Assembly: GCF_964204645.1 (NCBI RefSeq)
Contig: NC_134033.1
Coordinates: 8,006,655 to 8,070,654 of the forward strand
Direction of reading: 5' to 3'
Length of the DNA stretch: 64,000 bases
From: Tubulanus polymorphus
Taxonomy: Eukaryota > Animalia > Nemertea
Position numbers and translations under genes: made by a program. Shown here piece by piece: positions 25,941 through 39,087 of the stretch. The first letter of the stretch is position 1. Each line of letters starts with the position of its first letter. The notes beneath the pieces were generated by a model. The model was not told the DNA's origin. It saw only the letters and a list, made by a program, of their open reading frames with translations, and did not search any database.

Positions 25941-26012
25941 GCAGGGATTCGAACCTGATGGCATCGCTAATCTCGATCAGTATCGCTAATGCCATCAGGT
26001 TCGAATCCCTGC
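25941..26012. other. Perfect 24-bp hairpin built from a tRNA T-arm/B-box
   Basis: gcagggattcgaacctgatggcat, a 24-nt loop, then atgccatcaggttcgaatccctgc. Confidence 0.85.
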
Positions 26013-27178
26013 GCCTGGGAGGATTCGATGGTTTAATATGGACAAAATTTTATTGTCATAAAATCTTAACGTGATATTTTTGTATTTTGTAAATTTCTTT
26101 TGAAAATAAACTTAATCATTATTTTAACGTCAAAGGAAATTGTTAGTTTGTTAGTTGTTGTGATTGATTTCAGTTCGCTTGAACTAATTCACATTGTTTC
26201 TTCAATCAAGAAACACAGGTGAACTAATGGAATTGTAGAAAAGTAGTCAGCACTTAGTCAGAACGGGACTGATGACAACTTAGTCAATTATATAATCATG
26301 GACGTGTAATCTATAAATGCGTTCATCTTATAATTACTAGATGAATAAATTACCGGAGAAGCGCATCTGAACTGTTTTTATAGCATACCTGCACTATCAA
26401 GACATGTATTTATTATTATTATAAGTAAACACTGACAAATTTTTGTTAAACCTCATGGTGGGATTGAACATTTGAAAAAGTCAGTAAACTTTTTATTGGT
26501 ACTGATACTGGTACCTCTATTCTTGAGGAACAAAAAAGATTGTTAACGTTCCCATCCTTATTATTTATTTGCTCTCTAATCTGTAACAATAAATCAATTG
26601 CCATAGGAAGTTCGGCCATATGGATTATCTTTTTGTGTAATTGGTCTTTCAGCCGTCATTATTTCCACGTAATTTTCAATTCTATGACTGGCAACAAACG
26701 AAAGGTGTCATTTTTGTCCTGATGGAGTTCGATTTTTGTTTAGTTTTGATCATTTCTTACTCTTGATGTCTTGTATCATTAAATACAATGTCTTAAGACC
26801 GAATGGTGGCCCGTCATTTAAGCATTAAATGCTTTATTTAGGTTCAAAGCTTTAACTTTAGCTTCTATAGCACAAGCATCCTTGAAAGAATCCCCTTGAA
26901 ATGTTCAAAATAAAATCAAAATTATTAAATGAATTCAATCTATTCCATATATGCGTGAACGGATGAACAGTAATCAAAACTAATTATTAATCGAACTAAT
27001 CATTAATTAAGAAAGAAACTGATCTGTTTGGTGAGTAGATTGGAATTTTGATTGATCCTGACTAATTAGTTTGCCATTGGAACTGCAGATGGTATATAAA
27101 CCCCTTGATTTTTCTGTGGGTCATCACTATCCAGCATTTTGCTAAAGCGATAACAACGACTTGAGAACAGCGATTATT

Positions 27179-30004
27179 ATGGCCTCCAGAGATTCTACAT
27201 GTATTTCTTGCGAGAAGGAAGTAAGACCAAGGCAAGAGGGTATATTGTGCGACGATTGCGGGAAATGGCAGCACCGAATCTGCAAGACTGGTGAAACGAA
27301 TAGACGTAAACTTTGTTTTCGTCCAATTCCACGATCAGCAGAAAGGTGTACTTTCGTGCTGGTCGACCAGTTGATACCGTGCCTATGTTGTAGAGAGACT
27401 ATTAAAGAGGTGTGCTCTACTAACGGAAGCGATCCTTTGTCGAACGTCTCTTAAAATCCGAATCCAGACGAGAATACTAACTAGTATATTTTCGATGATC
27501 TGACGTGAATATTATTTATTGATGTATGTCAAAGCTCGCGACTCGCAGGTCGGCCTTTTCGCTATGATATCCGGAGCTCACTACTCGCAGGTGGCCCTGT
27601 TCTGATCTGATCTATCCTGAACTCAACTGAACTGAGCTGGACTGGACTTTCTGAACTATCTCAAAAATGTTGATTAAATATTTATAAGTGATGACTAGAG
27701 TTGACATAAGCGTAAAACTGACATGTGAGAGAGTGCCAAACTTACAATATACTATTCAGAACTATGATGATATTAATTATCTTTCTCCAAAGTTGGTAAT
27801 TACTAAATCAATAGAGTATCTACTACAATTGTTATTTTACTGATAATCATAAGATATACATCTGACATTGAAACTATAGTGTAAAATCCTCATTTCATAA
27901 CACTGGAATAACCCGAGAAATGTACCGGGAAGCAGTGAAAAGTGGCAAGGAAATTCCGTGGAAGTGCATTCGCACGAAGTGCACTTTACCAGCGATACCC
28001 CAGGCAGAAAGTACACGGTTATCGTTGGGGACTGGAGCCGCACAGAGGGCGAGCCTTCGCTTGTCAACTGATGATACCTTTCCACCAATCCGAGAACCAT
28101 CGATATTAGAACCGATGGATTTCGATGAATCTTCGATCAGGGATCCTGTACCAAGAGAGGTCGAAGAGCCAATGGATTTTGATGAATCTTCGATCAGAGA
28201 CCCTGTACCCAGAGAGGTCGAAGACGAGGATGAAATTACATACACAAAGGTATTTTGTCAAAACTAAATTGCTTCATCTAAATAACTACGTTGAATGGAG
28301 ATTAGTATTTCAATTCTTATTTTATATATGTATTTATATATGATAATGTTCCCTTTTTCAGGTATCATCTTCTTCGCAGAGAGGACAAGACAAATTGTTC
28401 GATTCACTGGGCTTCTCGTACACAAAAAAACGTGCAACTAATTCAACAGTTCATTGGAGGTGCTCTGTTAGAAATAAACTCATAAATTGCAAAGCATCTT
28501 CGATACAGAATGCCACGGAATACTCGAGACTTTCGGAGCACAATCATCCTCCAGGTAGGCAGATAACTAAAGTTCATTAGATTTATCGAATTAGTTTGAC
28601 TTTTTGAGGGCGGCACACGGAAAGTGAAAGTTTTTGAAACTCAATATGACAAACACAAATGAATGCAGTTTTCTGACCCTAATTGTAATTGAAATGATCT
28701 TTGATGAATTAACTTTTGTTCTTTTAGGTGCCAGTGTCGCAGTAGCTGCTAGAATTAGCACAGAAGTGAAAAAACGGGTGAAAGAAAATGTCTTTCGCTC
28801 AGCTGCGGCAATCGTAGAGGAGGTGATGCATGAACAAATCACCGACGAAAACATGGCAATTAAATCTGTTCCAGCTCCTGACAATTTGGCGAGACAGGGC
28901 AACAGAGCGCGACAAGGCCAGCGACTCGATCACCCGAATGACTTACATTTTCATTTGGAAACTGAATTCATTGCCGAAGGGTTTTTCAGAAAAGATATTT
29001 CGGTCGGTAAGTATCGATCTATTAGCATTCTCGCTCAATCATTAATTTGAGTAAATAACTGAAACAAACAAACTTGAAAATTGAAAAATAAACACAATCG
29101 GCTTTCAAAAAATACGCTCAGAGAATCAGAGTATTTTCAACAGCTTTCATCATAGATAATATATTTTTTTCAGATTATAGGAGACATGTCATATTCGCAA
29201 CAGATAAGCAGGTCGATATCCTGAAGGCCAGCAAACGTTGGTACATGGACGCAACATTCAAAGTCGTCTTTGGAATCGTCGAATCGGCTTTGTGGCGAGC
29301 ATTGCATTCAGTCTTACCGGATTGTAGCATTCACGGATGCAGTTTTCATTGGGAGCAGGCTGTATGGCGCAAGGTACAGGTATGTATTATTTAGTAATTT
29401 CATCACAAATTTACTGATAGTAAATTTGTGATACGCTTGATTTCTATTGCCTTATCTTATAATATTATATTCTTATTTTGCAGGAATTAGGGCTGCAGAC
29501 TGCCTATACGAGCGACGCGGGAACGCGGAGATACATCAGGAAATTGCTTTCACTGCCATAGGCTACCTGCCCGCCGATTTAATAACTAATGTATTCAATG
29601 GACTCTGCGGGGATGCTGCGACCGAAAAACTGCGCGAATTAACCGAGTATATTCGAAACACGTGGATAAATTCGGATATATGGTCACCAGCAGCATGGTC
29701 GGTGTATCAACGTAGCATGCGCACCAACAACGACGTCGAAGGGTGGCATACACCTCTAAATTCGAAGGCACAGAAAGGGCAGTTAAACCTCTATTTGTTG
29801 ATAAGTCTTATTTTTGGAGAAGCCTTCCTCATCCCAACGCAGACTCGTCAACTAAAAGATAAAAAGGTCCTAAGGCACCAGAGGGCTAAATACGCGCAGC
29901 TGCACGAAAAAATTTGCAGTTTATGGGACAGTTTCAGCGATGGGCGAATAGTTGTGTCCGACTTATTGAAAAGAATTGCTCATTACGTGGCGGTATATGT
30001 GTAA
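27179..30004 (+). pseudogene. PHD-FLYWCH-MULE transposase, 6 exons, inactivated
   Basis: Exons ~27179-27290, ~27906-28249, 28362-28553, 28729-29006, 29174-29379, 29484-30004. PHD: CISC..ILCDDCGKWQHRIC..WKC. FLYWCH: GFSY..HWRC..CKA..EHNHP. MULE: WYMDATFK, GCSFHWEQAVWRKVQ, RTNNDVEGWH. Lesions: exon-2 acceptor reads TG, an apparent deletion between DATFKVV and ESALW, and a 5-nt frameshift at ~29559. Confidence 0.88.
28108..28221 (+). repeat. In-frame 57-bp tandem duplication (EPMDFDESSIRDPVPREVE x2) in the transposase linker
   Basis: Read directly in ORF 27920-28267. Confidence 0.9.
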
Positions 30005-30936
30005 CAATATTGTGAATGTGAACTGTAGATTCCCCACTTTTTTATCTGTGATATTGTAAATTAAAATTCTCAAAAGCATTATTTCCTATAGAATCAATAA
30101 ATCTAAACTATTATATCGTAAGATGGTCTTGTGTTGGATTATTGCTGTTCTAAATTTACAGAAATTGAAACGATATGACATTTACGCAAAATCCGATTTT
30201 GCAAAATGAGGACGTGCAAGGGGTTCGCATTAAGGACACTATATCTGTATTAAGTACGAAAATATACACGAAACCTGTCAAATGCCATGAATTCATTGTG
30301 GGCCATACTCACAATTACAAAATAATGCTCCTCAACATGTAATAAAGGAAGTTCCTAATCTTACACTTCAATAAAGTTTACAGAAACCAGAGCAAAAGCC
30401 AGGCTAATAGTGTAATTTCTAACCAAAATTGTTTTCTTTATTTCATAGAAATACATAATTTCGTTTTTTAGTATCGGAGAATTTCTTGTTCCAAAGAAAA
30501 CAGCAGCACCATAGCCAGTAACGCAAAATCTAATCAAACACAAAACCCCTAAATGTAATTGCAGTGAAGATCTTTTTATTCACTTTCGTACAAAATATAA
30601 TATTTACACATACAAAATATCAGACAGAATCATAAACATCATAATTTTGTCTCAAATTACGGTATATTCAATTTGTAAACTAATATTGATTAATTGAATA
30701 AAATTAACTCATTTTTGGTTAAAAAAAATCAAGTTCACAAAGCATTTAAAGGTCTTAAATTACAATATATTAAAGTCGAAAAATATTGATTAATTGAATA
30801 AAATGAAATTGAACGTTATCTTTCATTATGATTTCATTACTTTTATTTATCTGTAAATTGGCAGAAAAGAAAGTTTGCAGACCTCGGCAATTTCGTAATC
30901 ATAGCCTTCTTGAACTAATTATATGTGACAATATTG

Positions 30937-31012
30937 CGGGTGTCTCCATGGCGTAGCTTGTAGAGTGTCCGCCTCGTAGTCCGTAGGTTCCGGGATCGAA
31001 TCCCACGCTGGG
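30937..31012 (+). pseudogene. tRNA-like sequence (degenerate, possible Thr-CGT anticodon loop) just inside the right MULE TIR
   Basis: A-box-like tggcgtagcttg, loop ctcgtag, T-arm gggatcgaatccc. The acceptor stem is poor. Confidence 0.45.
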
Positions 31013-31119
31013 AATACTGCACGCATTAGTGGGCCGAGTTTGCCAGTGGGCCGAGTCAGTGGTCCGACTCGGCAATGGGACGAGTTGGCAGTGGGCCGAG
31101 ATGCCGGTGATTCCAATTA

Positions 31120-31300
31120 ACTGTCGCTGATTGGCTGATTAACGCCGCGCATGCGTACAGAGGTGCGTGACTTAGAAAAATCAAGGAAAGTGTGGAGAAT
31201 GGAGTTAGAGAAAAATAGAGCGGATCGAGCGAGGCTCGAACCCCGGGCCAGTAATTTACTAGCGCAGCATCATACCACTAGACCACCGAGCTCGCTGACA
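31120..31300 (-). mobile_element. tRNA-derived SINE-like repeat (uninterrupted homologue of 4570-4860)
   Basis: Reverse complement: gagctcggtggtctagtgg...ggttcgagcctcgctc...ccacactttccttga...gcgcggcgttaatcagcc. Confidence 0.7.
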
Positions 31301-32871
31301 ATCGGCCGAATGTTTTAACTACAGCCTTACCTTACCCTAACCTATCCCTTCCGGTACGAACATTCCAGAGTAATCCGTACGCGTGTGTACGAATAGCCTA
31401 CGGAATTATTTTTTATTTGTACGTGTCCGTACGAATAGCCACTTCGTGAACTATTATATATAATATTGAACTATATTTAATACGTGAAAGTTAAATCGAT
31501 TTACAAAGATTCAGTTTCGTAAAAGCGCTTATGGGTTGTCATGATTTTGACAGTGATACTCTTGTTGTAGCTTAGAATTATCCCTGTGGCTCTGGTTACA
31601 GAGTCCGTAAATGGAGTGCGATAGCTCCGGTTACGGAGTACAGTTTTAGCGCATGTGCATTACAGTAAGATTCTGAATTGTAATATTGGGATTATATATT
31701 TGATTAGATCGAGATCAAACCAAAAAGTAGTAGAGCACTTTACCCACTGCGCCACAGCACACGACTGGAGGTTGGGTGAGTTAATTTATATAAAGCCTCA
31801 CCTTACCAAAACCCTAATCCTTCACACATGCGCATACGTAGATATAGTGCAGATTACTCCATAACTGGAGCCATTATGTAAAATTATCCCAGATGTACAA
31901 CTAGGGCAGGCCTATATACAGTCAACCCATATATACCGACCCCTCCCATATAGGCCTACCGCCACCCCACCCTCACACCAGGTTTTTTCAATGAATGGAA
32001 CATTAGGCTTGAAATCTAAAGATGGTAAAAGTGCAGATCCACACCTCTTGCAAATTTTTAATCAAATGTATTACAGATCACAAATGATATTTGAAAAGTG
32101 TTTGAAAGAAACTTAAAAAGCCTCAGGCCCTGTACAGCAAGGCCTAGTAGCTACTAAAAATTTCTAGGTGGTTACAGGTAAAAATAATTAGGGATGTTCT
32201 TGATGAGACTGTATTACCTGGGACACTGGATGATCAAAGCTACAGTTCACCCCAATACATCTACAACGCCACTAGCCCCTGTGCTCTTCACCCAGTCGTG
32301 AGAGGGGTCGGTTTGAGCCTGAGTCCAAGAACTGTTGTCTCCTATGACTTGTTGAAAATAACTTCTCATTCTCAGTCGACACGTTTAATGCTCGGTGCTT
32401 ACCAACTACGATTTCAATAAATAAACTAGGCCCTACCTACACTTAACTTTTCATTGTTAAGACTTTCAATAATTATATATTTGAAGTGGCTAAAAATTGT
32501 CACCAAAAATATTTTAGTACGTCTTTTGTTTTCACTCATAAACGCGTCAACGCTTGCCAGCATGAAAAATCAGTGTCTTAGCAACACAACAATAGATGCT
32601 GCTCTGCGTGACTCGTTGAATCTCATACATGAAATACGACAAACTAATCAAATAAATACAACAGTAAGAACAAGAAATATCAGAGGTTTTTAGGCCTGAT
32701 GATAGTTTGCTTGAAATTAAAGTTGGTTAAGATTCAAGGAATGAGTGAGGGAGGGAGTGAGTGAGTGGAAGTGTCAAACGGAGGAAAACAAGCTCACAGA
32801 ATTAGAATAATGGGCGGGGGGTACCAGTAAAGCGAGAAAAACTTTTATTCAAATTAACACATTTATCCATA

Positions 32872-35412
32872 TTTTTAGCTCCGCTGTGACCGAAGGTCAG
32901 CAGAGTTAATGGGTTAGGGGGTGAGCCGTTGTCGTCCGTTCGTTAGTTCATTCGTTCGTTTGTGCGTCTGTCAACTTTTTCTTCAAATAGCTACTAGTCC
33001 TACAGTTTTAATCAGATCAATTCCAAATTTGGCATAAATGTTCTATGGACCAAGGCCTATAAAGTTACAGATCCATTTTTTTGGATTCGTCCAAAAAAAT
33101 TCCAGCCCCAGGGGCGCCCCTGGGGTGGAATTTCTATTTCTTCAAATTGCTACTAGTCCTACAGTTTTGATCCAATCAATTCCAAATTTGGTATCAATGT
33201 TCTATGGACCATTGCCTATGAAGTTAAAGAGCCATTTTTTGGATTCGTCCAAAAAAATTCCAGCCCCAGGGGCGCCCCTGTGGGTGGAATTTCTATTTCT
33301 TCAAATTGCTATCATTCCTAGAGTTTTAATCAGATCAAGTCCAAATTTGGTATGAATGTTCTATGGACCATTACCTACAGTACAGAGCCCTTTTTGGATT
33401 TGGCTAAAAGGGGGCACGCCTAGGTATGCAGCTTCTATTTCTTCAAAAATTATAGCGGCATTATCAAAATCAAAATTGTGTCTAGTTTCATAAACATGAT
33501 TAACTACTCCACTCTCGGGTTTGAAATTTTTGACGTCATTTTTATGTTCTCTGAGGCGCTTGTTGAGGCGCTTATGTTCTCTGACGCCCAGTTCCACCAA
33601 TATGTATTTTATTACAGATTTTGCAAGGGATTTTTTATACACCAATGTTCAAAGGTTAGGTTTTGCAGGAATTGTGAGTTAAGTTATGACTAAGTTCATT
33701 ATTGTAAGTGAAAACGAGCTGTTTGTTAAGGAGATGAAGGGGGTTATTGATTTTTCCAAAAAAGGAACAAAAGGTACGACGATGGGCTGTTTCTGTGGGC
33801 GCAAAACTTGAGAATTACAAAAATGAGTGCGACGGGCCTCGAAAACGAGCATTATTCAAAAGGTTGTTGGGATAAGCTAACTTATTAAGGTAATTCCTGA
33901 TCAGGGTGAGTTCATCATCTAGAAAAAGGAGGTCGCAAATCCTAAAAGCGCGAAGAAATAATCCTTGAGCAACACCGAGTTTTATGCTATAAGTAGTAAA
34001 GGAAAAATAATGCAAGTAGGATCCAGAATGAGTGGGTTTCCTTTAAACTGAGCATTTCAAACACTACAGATAATTATGAATGCACACATCTAAAAATGGG
34101 ATTTTTCCATCAACTTCCAATTCAAATGTGAAGTTCAACGAGGGGTAAAAAGAGTTAATGATTGAGAGAAATAAATCAATATAAAAATTGCCAGGAATAA
34201 GTGCAAGAACGTCATCAACATATCGTAACCAAAGCTTAGGGGGAGTGCTAGTGTAGAGAGGTAATAGTTCAACAGTAATAGTTTCAACATGTTCGTGAAA
34301 TAAATTTGCTAAAATAGGGCTAAGGGGGTTCTCCATGGACATGCCAAAGACCTGTTCAAAATATGAATTATTAAAACTGAAAAAGGAGTTATGAGTGCAA
34401 ATTTCAATTAATTCAGTGATAGAATCAGTAGGAATATCAAAATTGAAGTCTAATGAGGGTAGTTTACGTTTGAGAAAATCCAAGGTAGGCGCGAGAGGGA
34501 CATTGGTAAACAGAGAGCTAGCGTCGAACAAGATGAATTTATCATTACCAGGAATAATGTTTCTTAAACGTTCAAAAGTAAATCTTGGTTGTGCCGTAAG
34601 TGCGAGGGGGGAAAGGAACTAAGAACCGGGGATAATTGTTTAGCCAGAAATTTGGATAAGCGATAAGAGGGAAAGTTGCAGTTCGATACGATAGGGCGCA
34701 GGGGAACATCTTGTTTGTTAATTTTAGGCTGCCCGTAATATATGGGAGAGAGGGAAGGCGAGATCGGAATTTCAAAAGAATGTCTTAAGAATCCGGGAAA
34801 CGTTTGATAATATCAGAAAGACTCTTTTTGAATGAAGCTTGCATCCGAGAAAGAGGGTTGGATTTAAATGGTTTGTATACATTGGAATCACCAAGAAGGG
34901 AGAACATTTTTTGATATCTCGCAGATATCTAACAGAACAATTTTACCACCTTTATCGGCTTCAGAAATACGAACAGAGTCCAATTTTTTGAGTTCCGGCG
35001 AGGTAAAAATTGAGAATAGTTAATCCGAAGATTATCACAGATAGTTTGTAAGTTCATAAACAAAAAACTATAGTCCAAATTTGACGACGAGTTTTTGCGA
35101 AGTTCTAAATCAGACATAAAATCCAGAATATTCGACTTACAGTGGGGTAGAGAGAAATCCAAGAAGTTGATATGTTGAGAGCGTAGCTGAGGAGAGATTC
35201 ACAATGATGTCGGTGTTGCTACACTTAGTTCTCTGGGGAGTGGTGATACTGACCTCCGAGGAATGATCTTATACACTTTATCTATAGCGGATCTGTTGCT
35301 ATTTTCGTTGTTGATATGCCAGTTCCCTTACTTTTCACTGCCGATTTAACCTCGACTTTATATTATTTCCGGCGGCAGGAGGCCCCTTCACGTCCGTAGA
35401 CGCAATCCAGTT
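32872..35412 (+). mobile_element. Helentron-associated non-autonomous element (HINE/DINE-like) with ~160-bp internal tandem repeats, interrupted by a Penelope element
   Basis: Starts tttttagctc with a short hairpin (gctgtgaccgaaggtcagc) and a gtcc/gttc microsatellite, followed by ~3 copies of a 160-bp unit (32981, 33140, 33300). Putative end ...gcaatccagtt. Confidence 0.65.
33450..35340 (-). mobile_element. Penelope-like retroelement (RT + GIY-YIG endonuclease), degraded and 3'-truncated
   Basis: DASSLFTNVP, YFEQVFGMSMENPLSPILANLF, WLRYVDD, FTFELEVDGKIPFLDV, GLFLRAFRIC, and GIY-YIG C-terminal part RLREHK..HVYETRHNFDFDNAAII. Multiple frameshifts. Confidence 0.92.
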
Positions 35413-35414
35413 AT

Positions 35415-36590
35415 TTTGGGAAGTTTTGAAGACACTTCAATGTAATGTCTTGATGTTTGGGTTACACAATATGTATCTACCCTAGACACATCTTCAGCCC
35501 AAAAACTGGCCCTGTCAGAATCAAGATGGCCGACTGGCAGCCATTGTTGTTCGCCAAAATCAGCACTTTTTACACAAGTTTTTGAGGGAAATTTTGAAGA
35601 CGCTTTGATTAATTACCTTGATCTTTTGTATGTATTTCAATCCTCCAAGGGCCCATCAGCATAAGAAAAATTGGGTCGATCGGACTCGAGATGGTCGTCC
35701 TATGACTTTTTTAGTGCCCAAAAATGTCAATTTTGGCCAGAATTCTAGGTCCTGTAGCTTCCTACTGGTTTGCCATTTCTCATTGCAATTTGTGATGGGT
35801 ATACCTGAGACAGATATTTTTGATCAGCAAATTATGACGCAATTGGCGGCCATTTTGGTGTCATCAGTACTCATTTGTAGGTGGGAAAAAGTTTTTCCAC
35901 ATTATATCAAAAATACATAAAGAGGAGTATTTTTGATTATATTAATACCTATTGTGTTACTACAATCAATTGGAAAGTTCTAGCCCATAACGTGTTCTAT
36001 GATTTTGGTGAATTTCAAGGTCATTGGTTTTTGTATATGGCCACCAGGGGGCATTGAATAATACAATAACTTAGTGTTTCCATATTATATTTGTACCTAC
36101 GCATATTTTGTTACCACAATCAATTGTAAAGTTTTAGCTCATTACATCGTCTATGATTGTGGTGAGTTTTAAGGACATTAGTTATTCTATATGGTCCCCA
36201 GGGGGCGTTGAATAGTAGAATAACTTAGTATTTCCTTATTATATTGGTACCTAGGCATATTTTGTTATCATGATCAATTGCAAAGTTGTAGTTCATGACA
36301 TGTTCTAAGATTGTGGTGAGTTTCAAGGACATTGGGTTGATTTGCATATGGCCACCAGGGGGCATTGAATAGTAAAGTAACTTTGTATTTCCATATTAAA
36401 TTGGTAACGAGGCATATTTTGTTATCACAATCAATAATCGTAGCTGTTGACATGTTCTATGATTGTGGTGGGTTTCAAGGTCATTGGTTTTTTACATAGT
36501 CACCAGGGGGTGTTGAATATTAAAATTGTTAGATTGTTGAGCATTTGAAACCGCTTCCCAAGTGGGCATGGTGTCCCTGGACCCCTAGTT
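35415..36590 (+). mobile_element. Second HINE-like family with ~154-bp tandem repeats
   Basis: About four units with caccaggggg cores (36042, 36196, 36352, 36501); end ggtgtccctggacccctagtt. Homologous inverted copies lie at 57037-59455. Confidence 0.75.
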
Positions 36591-36696
36591 TACTTTAGAC
36601 CAGCACCAGGTTGTGCCTTCGTCACGCTATCTTATCTATGAGGAGTTGCATTTAGTTTAATAAGTAAAAACGCTACACTTTTACAGAAACGGACTC

Positions 36697-38169
36697 ATGA
36701 TGAATAGCAGAAAAGAAATTCGCCGTCTGTCGAAAGATGAACTTCCACCAGGAGCGCAGATGTTATCTCGTGAAGAAGCGTTAAACATGCTGTGGAAGAG
36801 AATTAACAATCACCCCAAGCGGATGGAAGTGTGAGTACCAGTATTCATTTTTAGCAACTCATTGCGTAAACTTCCGAAGGTCGTAGAAATCGAGTAAATT
36901 TAGATGATTGCAGTCTGGTTTACGCTTAGCCCTATATCATGCTAGTGGGAAAATGAACTCTCCCTTCTTACTCAAATATTGTTAGGTATCTGCAGGTAGG
37001 CTATAGGCAAGATCATTAGAAATATTGTATTGGCCCAATATGTAGTTAGCACTTTACCATCAAACCTTGCAAAATACGATTTGGTTAAATAGAAAAACCA
37101 ATTTGATAGTTTTTCGTGCCTCAATCTCTCCTTGCTTGACCAGGGAATTAGATTCTCTTATGTAGACGTTGTAGCTTCGAGAAGCGTTTACACTATGACT
37201 AGTTTTACTAAATTGGTCTATACCTGGTACAGACCAAATGGAGCGCGTTCACCTAGCATTGTCGAATTCGCTACAAATGGTCTAGTTATCTTTGAGTTAT
37301 CAACGCATGATGTCCTGTTATTTATTGAGAACATTTTTTGAAGAATGGTTCATCGTGACACAGCAATCTACTATGCCAGGAATGGTAAATTCTAGGACAT
37401 CTTCAAAACAATATATAAAGATGTATACTCTATGACTAGCACATGTAAGAGACAGGTTTAATGATATACATGATTACCAGACAAAGTGGTGGGAGTTATT
37501 ATGGTTGTATCATGTCTGTGGCCATGTGGAATATGTGCTACCACAATAACTCAAAAACCAGTTGCAATAGAATCTTGAAATTTTCATGATAAACATGCAC
37601 CCTATTCAATTTAATTGCATTTTGTGATTTGATTTATTTTGATGTTTGAATTCAGGTGGCCTTTCACATATGGTTTAGGATTGTTGAGCGCTGCGTCGAT
37701 CGTACCCGGAATCATCTACACGAACAAAGTACGCAACACGTTTAAACTACGTGGTTTTGGAACTTTGATCACGTACGGGCCGTGCGTCGTAGTACCAGCC
37801 ATGTTCGTCGTTCTTGGCCAGACGATCGCTGTCACGAATAAACTCGTTCTGGGAGAATTCACCTGCACGTCATGCGCACAGGTTCGTAGTGCTGTAACAC
37901 AGTTGAGCGTCGGATGGGCGTGGCCGGGAATGCTCACGCCGATGCTGTGTTTCATGGTTGCACGGAAGTACAACCCGACGGCGCTCCCCGCGCTGAAAAA
38001 TTTCGGCGATCTAGGTCGATTTTTGTGGAAGATTTACCGACCATCGAAAGGTATCTTGGGATTTAGTTTCGTTTTGCAGACACTCGCTGCGGCATTTGTC
38101 ATCGATCAGCAACTTACGGCGAACGTTAAATTGAACGAGGAAGATAGAACGCTAGTGAAAGTTCGATAA
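36697..38169 (+). CDS. TMEM126: Transmembrane protein 126 family (mitochondrial inner membrane, complex I assembly factor-like), 215 aa, 2 coding exons
   Basis: Exons 36697-36830 (donor GTGAGT) and 37656-38169 join in phase (MEV|WPF). Family signature C-x2-C-x3-R (CTSCAQVRS), G..P..L.P and A.KY....LP, plus four hydrophobic segments. Upstream acceptor at 36686; AATAAA at ~38188 and ~38266. Confidence 0.85.
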
Positions 38170-39087
38170 AATTCAGGAATTTATACCAATAAAGCGCATC
38201 AGATTAGAAAAACATATTCATTTTTGTAGAGCGATTGATTGTTATTTAAGTAGGTGAAATTGAAAAATAAAATCTTGAAATAGATGGAGAATTTTAATTG
38301 TTTTTTGCCCACTTGGGGCACCAGTGGGCTATTATTACATTCAGTGTGATAGTATGTGATGTAGCTGTAGATCAATACATATTGATACTAGTCTAATGCA
38401 TCAGTTATTGTTGTGGTGGGAAGTGATGGGCCTTGAAATTTGGTGTGTAGTCAATCATTGTATATAAACTAATGCCAATTGCTATTCATGGGTGTGAAAA
38501 GGATCGAATGAGAAATACCCCACCATTCAAACCATTGGTATAGTGTATTTGCAAGTTCTTGGTTGCTGATTGGCAGAAATTTTGTTGGCTTGCACTGGGT
38601 TTGACTGGGTCATGGGGAATCTCTTATTAAACTACATGTTTGTGCTTCCAATACAATCAACATCGGTTAATCTGTTTCCGGTTAAACCGTATAAGCTTAT
38701 TCCGTATAAATAAATTTGTCCCGTTTTTCAGTAATGTTATTCCCTTTCTGTGTTGATTCGTACTCCTTAGCCTAATCCATATTTTCACATATTCCATAGA
38801 TAAATGCATGGTCCCATTGTCCAACTTAATGTAAATCCTTGTGTAATCCATATCAGCTGTCTGTCGGGAACTTTTTTTCACTTGAAGTGAAAAAAAGTAT
38901 AAACATCTGTAATCTACTGTGGTCAGTAGGAAATATGAGGAACTCCAAAACACACTCAAGTTAATCCATCAATATCATAGCTAGTCTCAAGCTTCACTTA
39001 ATATCCATCGACTTCAGTAGTGAGGTCGAGTTAATTTTAGTCCAGATGCTATTATTTGTCAATAAGCAAAAATCCTTTGATGAATCG

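Larger units (their letters stand above)
25760..31113 (+). mobile_element. Mutator-like (MULE) DNA transposon
   Basis: TIR core tcggcccactgccaactcgtccca is inverted at ~31075-31100, with internally repeated gtgggccgag motifs. It encloses a spliced transposase gene. No clear TSD. Confidence 0.85.
25681..31448. mobile_element. Outer TIR element (gtggcta.t.gtacggac ends, 7-bp flanking repeat AACTATT) enclosing the MULE and a SINE-like repeat
   Basis: gtggctacttgtacggac at ~25685 versus gtccgtacgaatagccac at ~31425. AACTATT at 25674-25680 and 31449-31455. Confidence 0.5.

Noticed and set aside
30937-31012. Functional tRNA gene
   Set aside because: Acceptor and anticodon stems do not pair well and there is no poly-T terminator; treated as a tRNA-derived relic.
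32696-32716. Hammerhead-like CTGATGA...GAAA near the Penelope element
   Set aside because: No convincing stems I-III, and it is on the opposite strand and outside the PLE.
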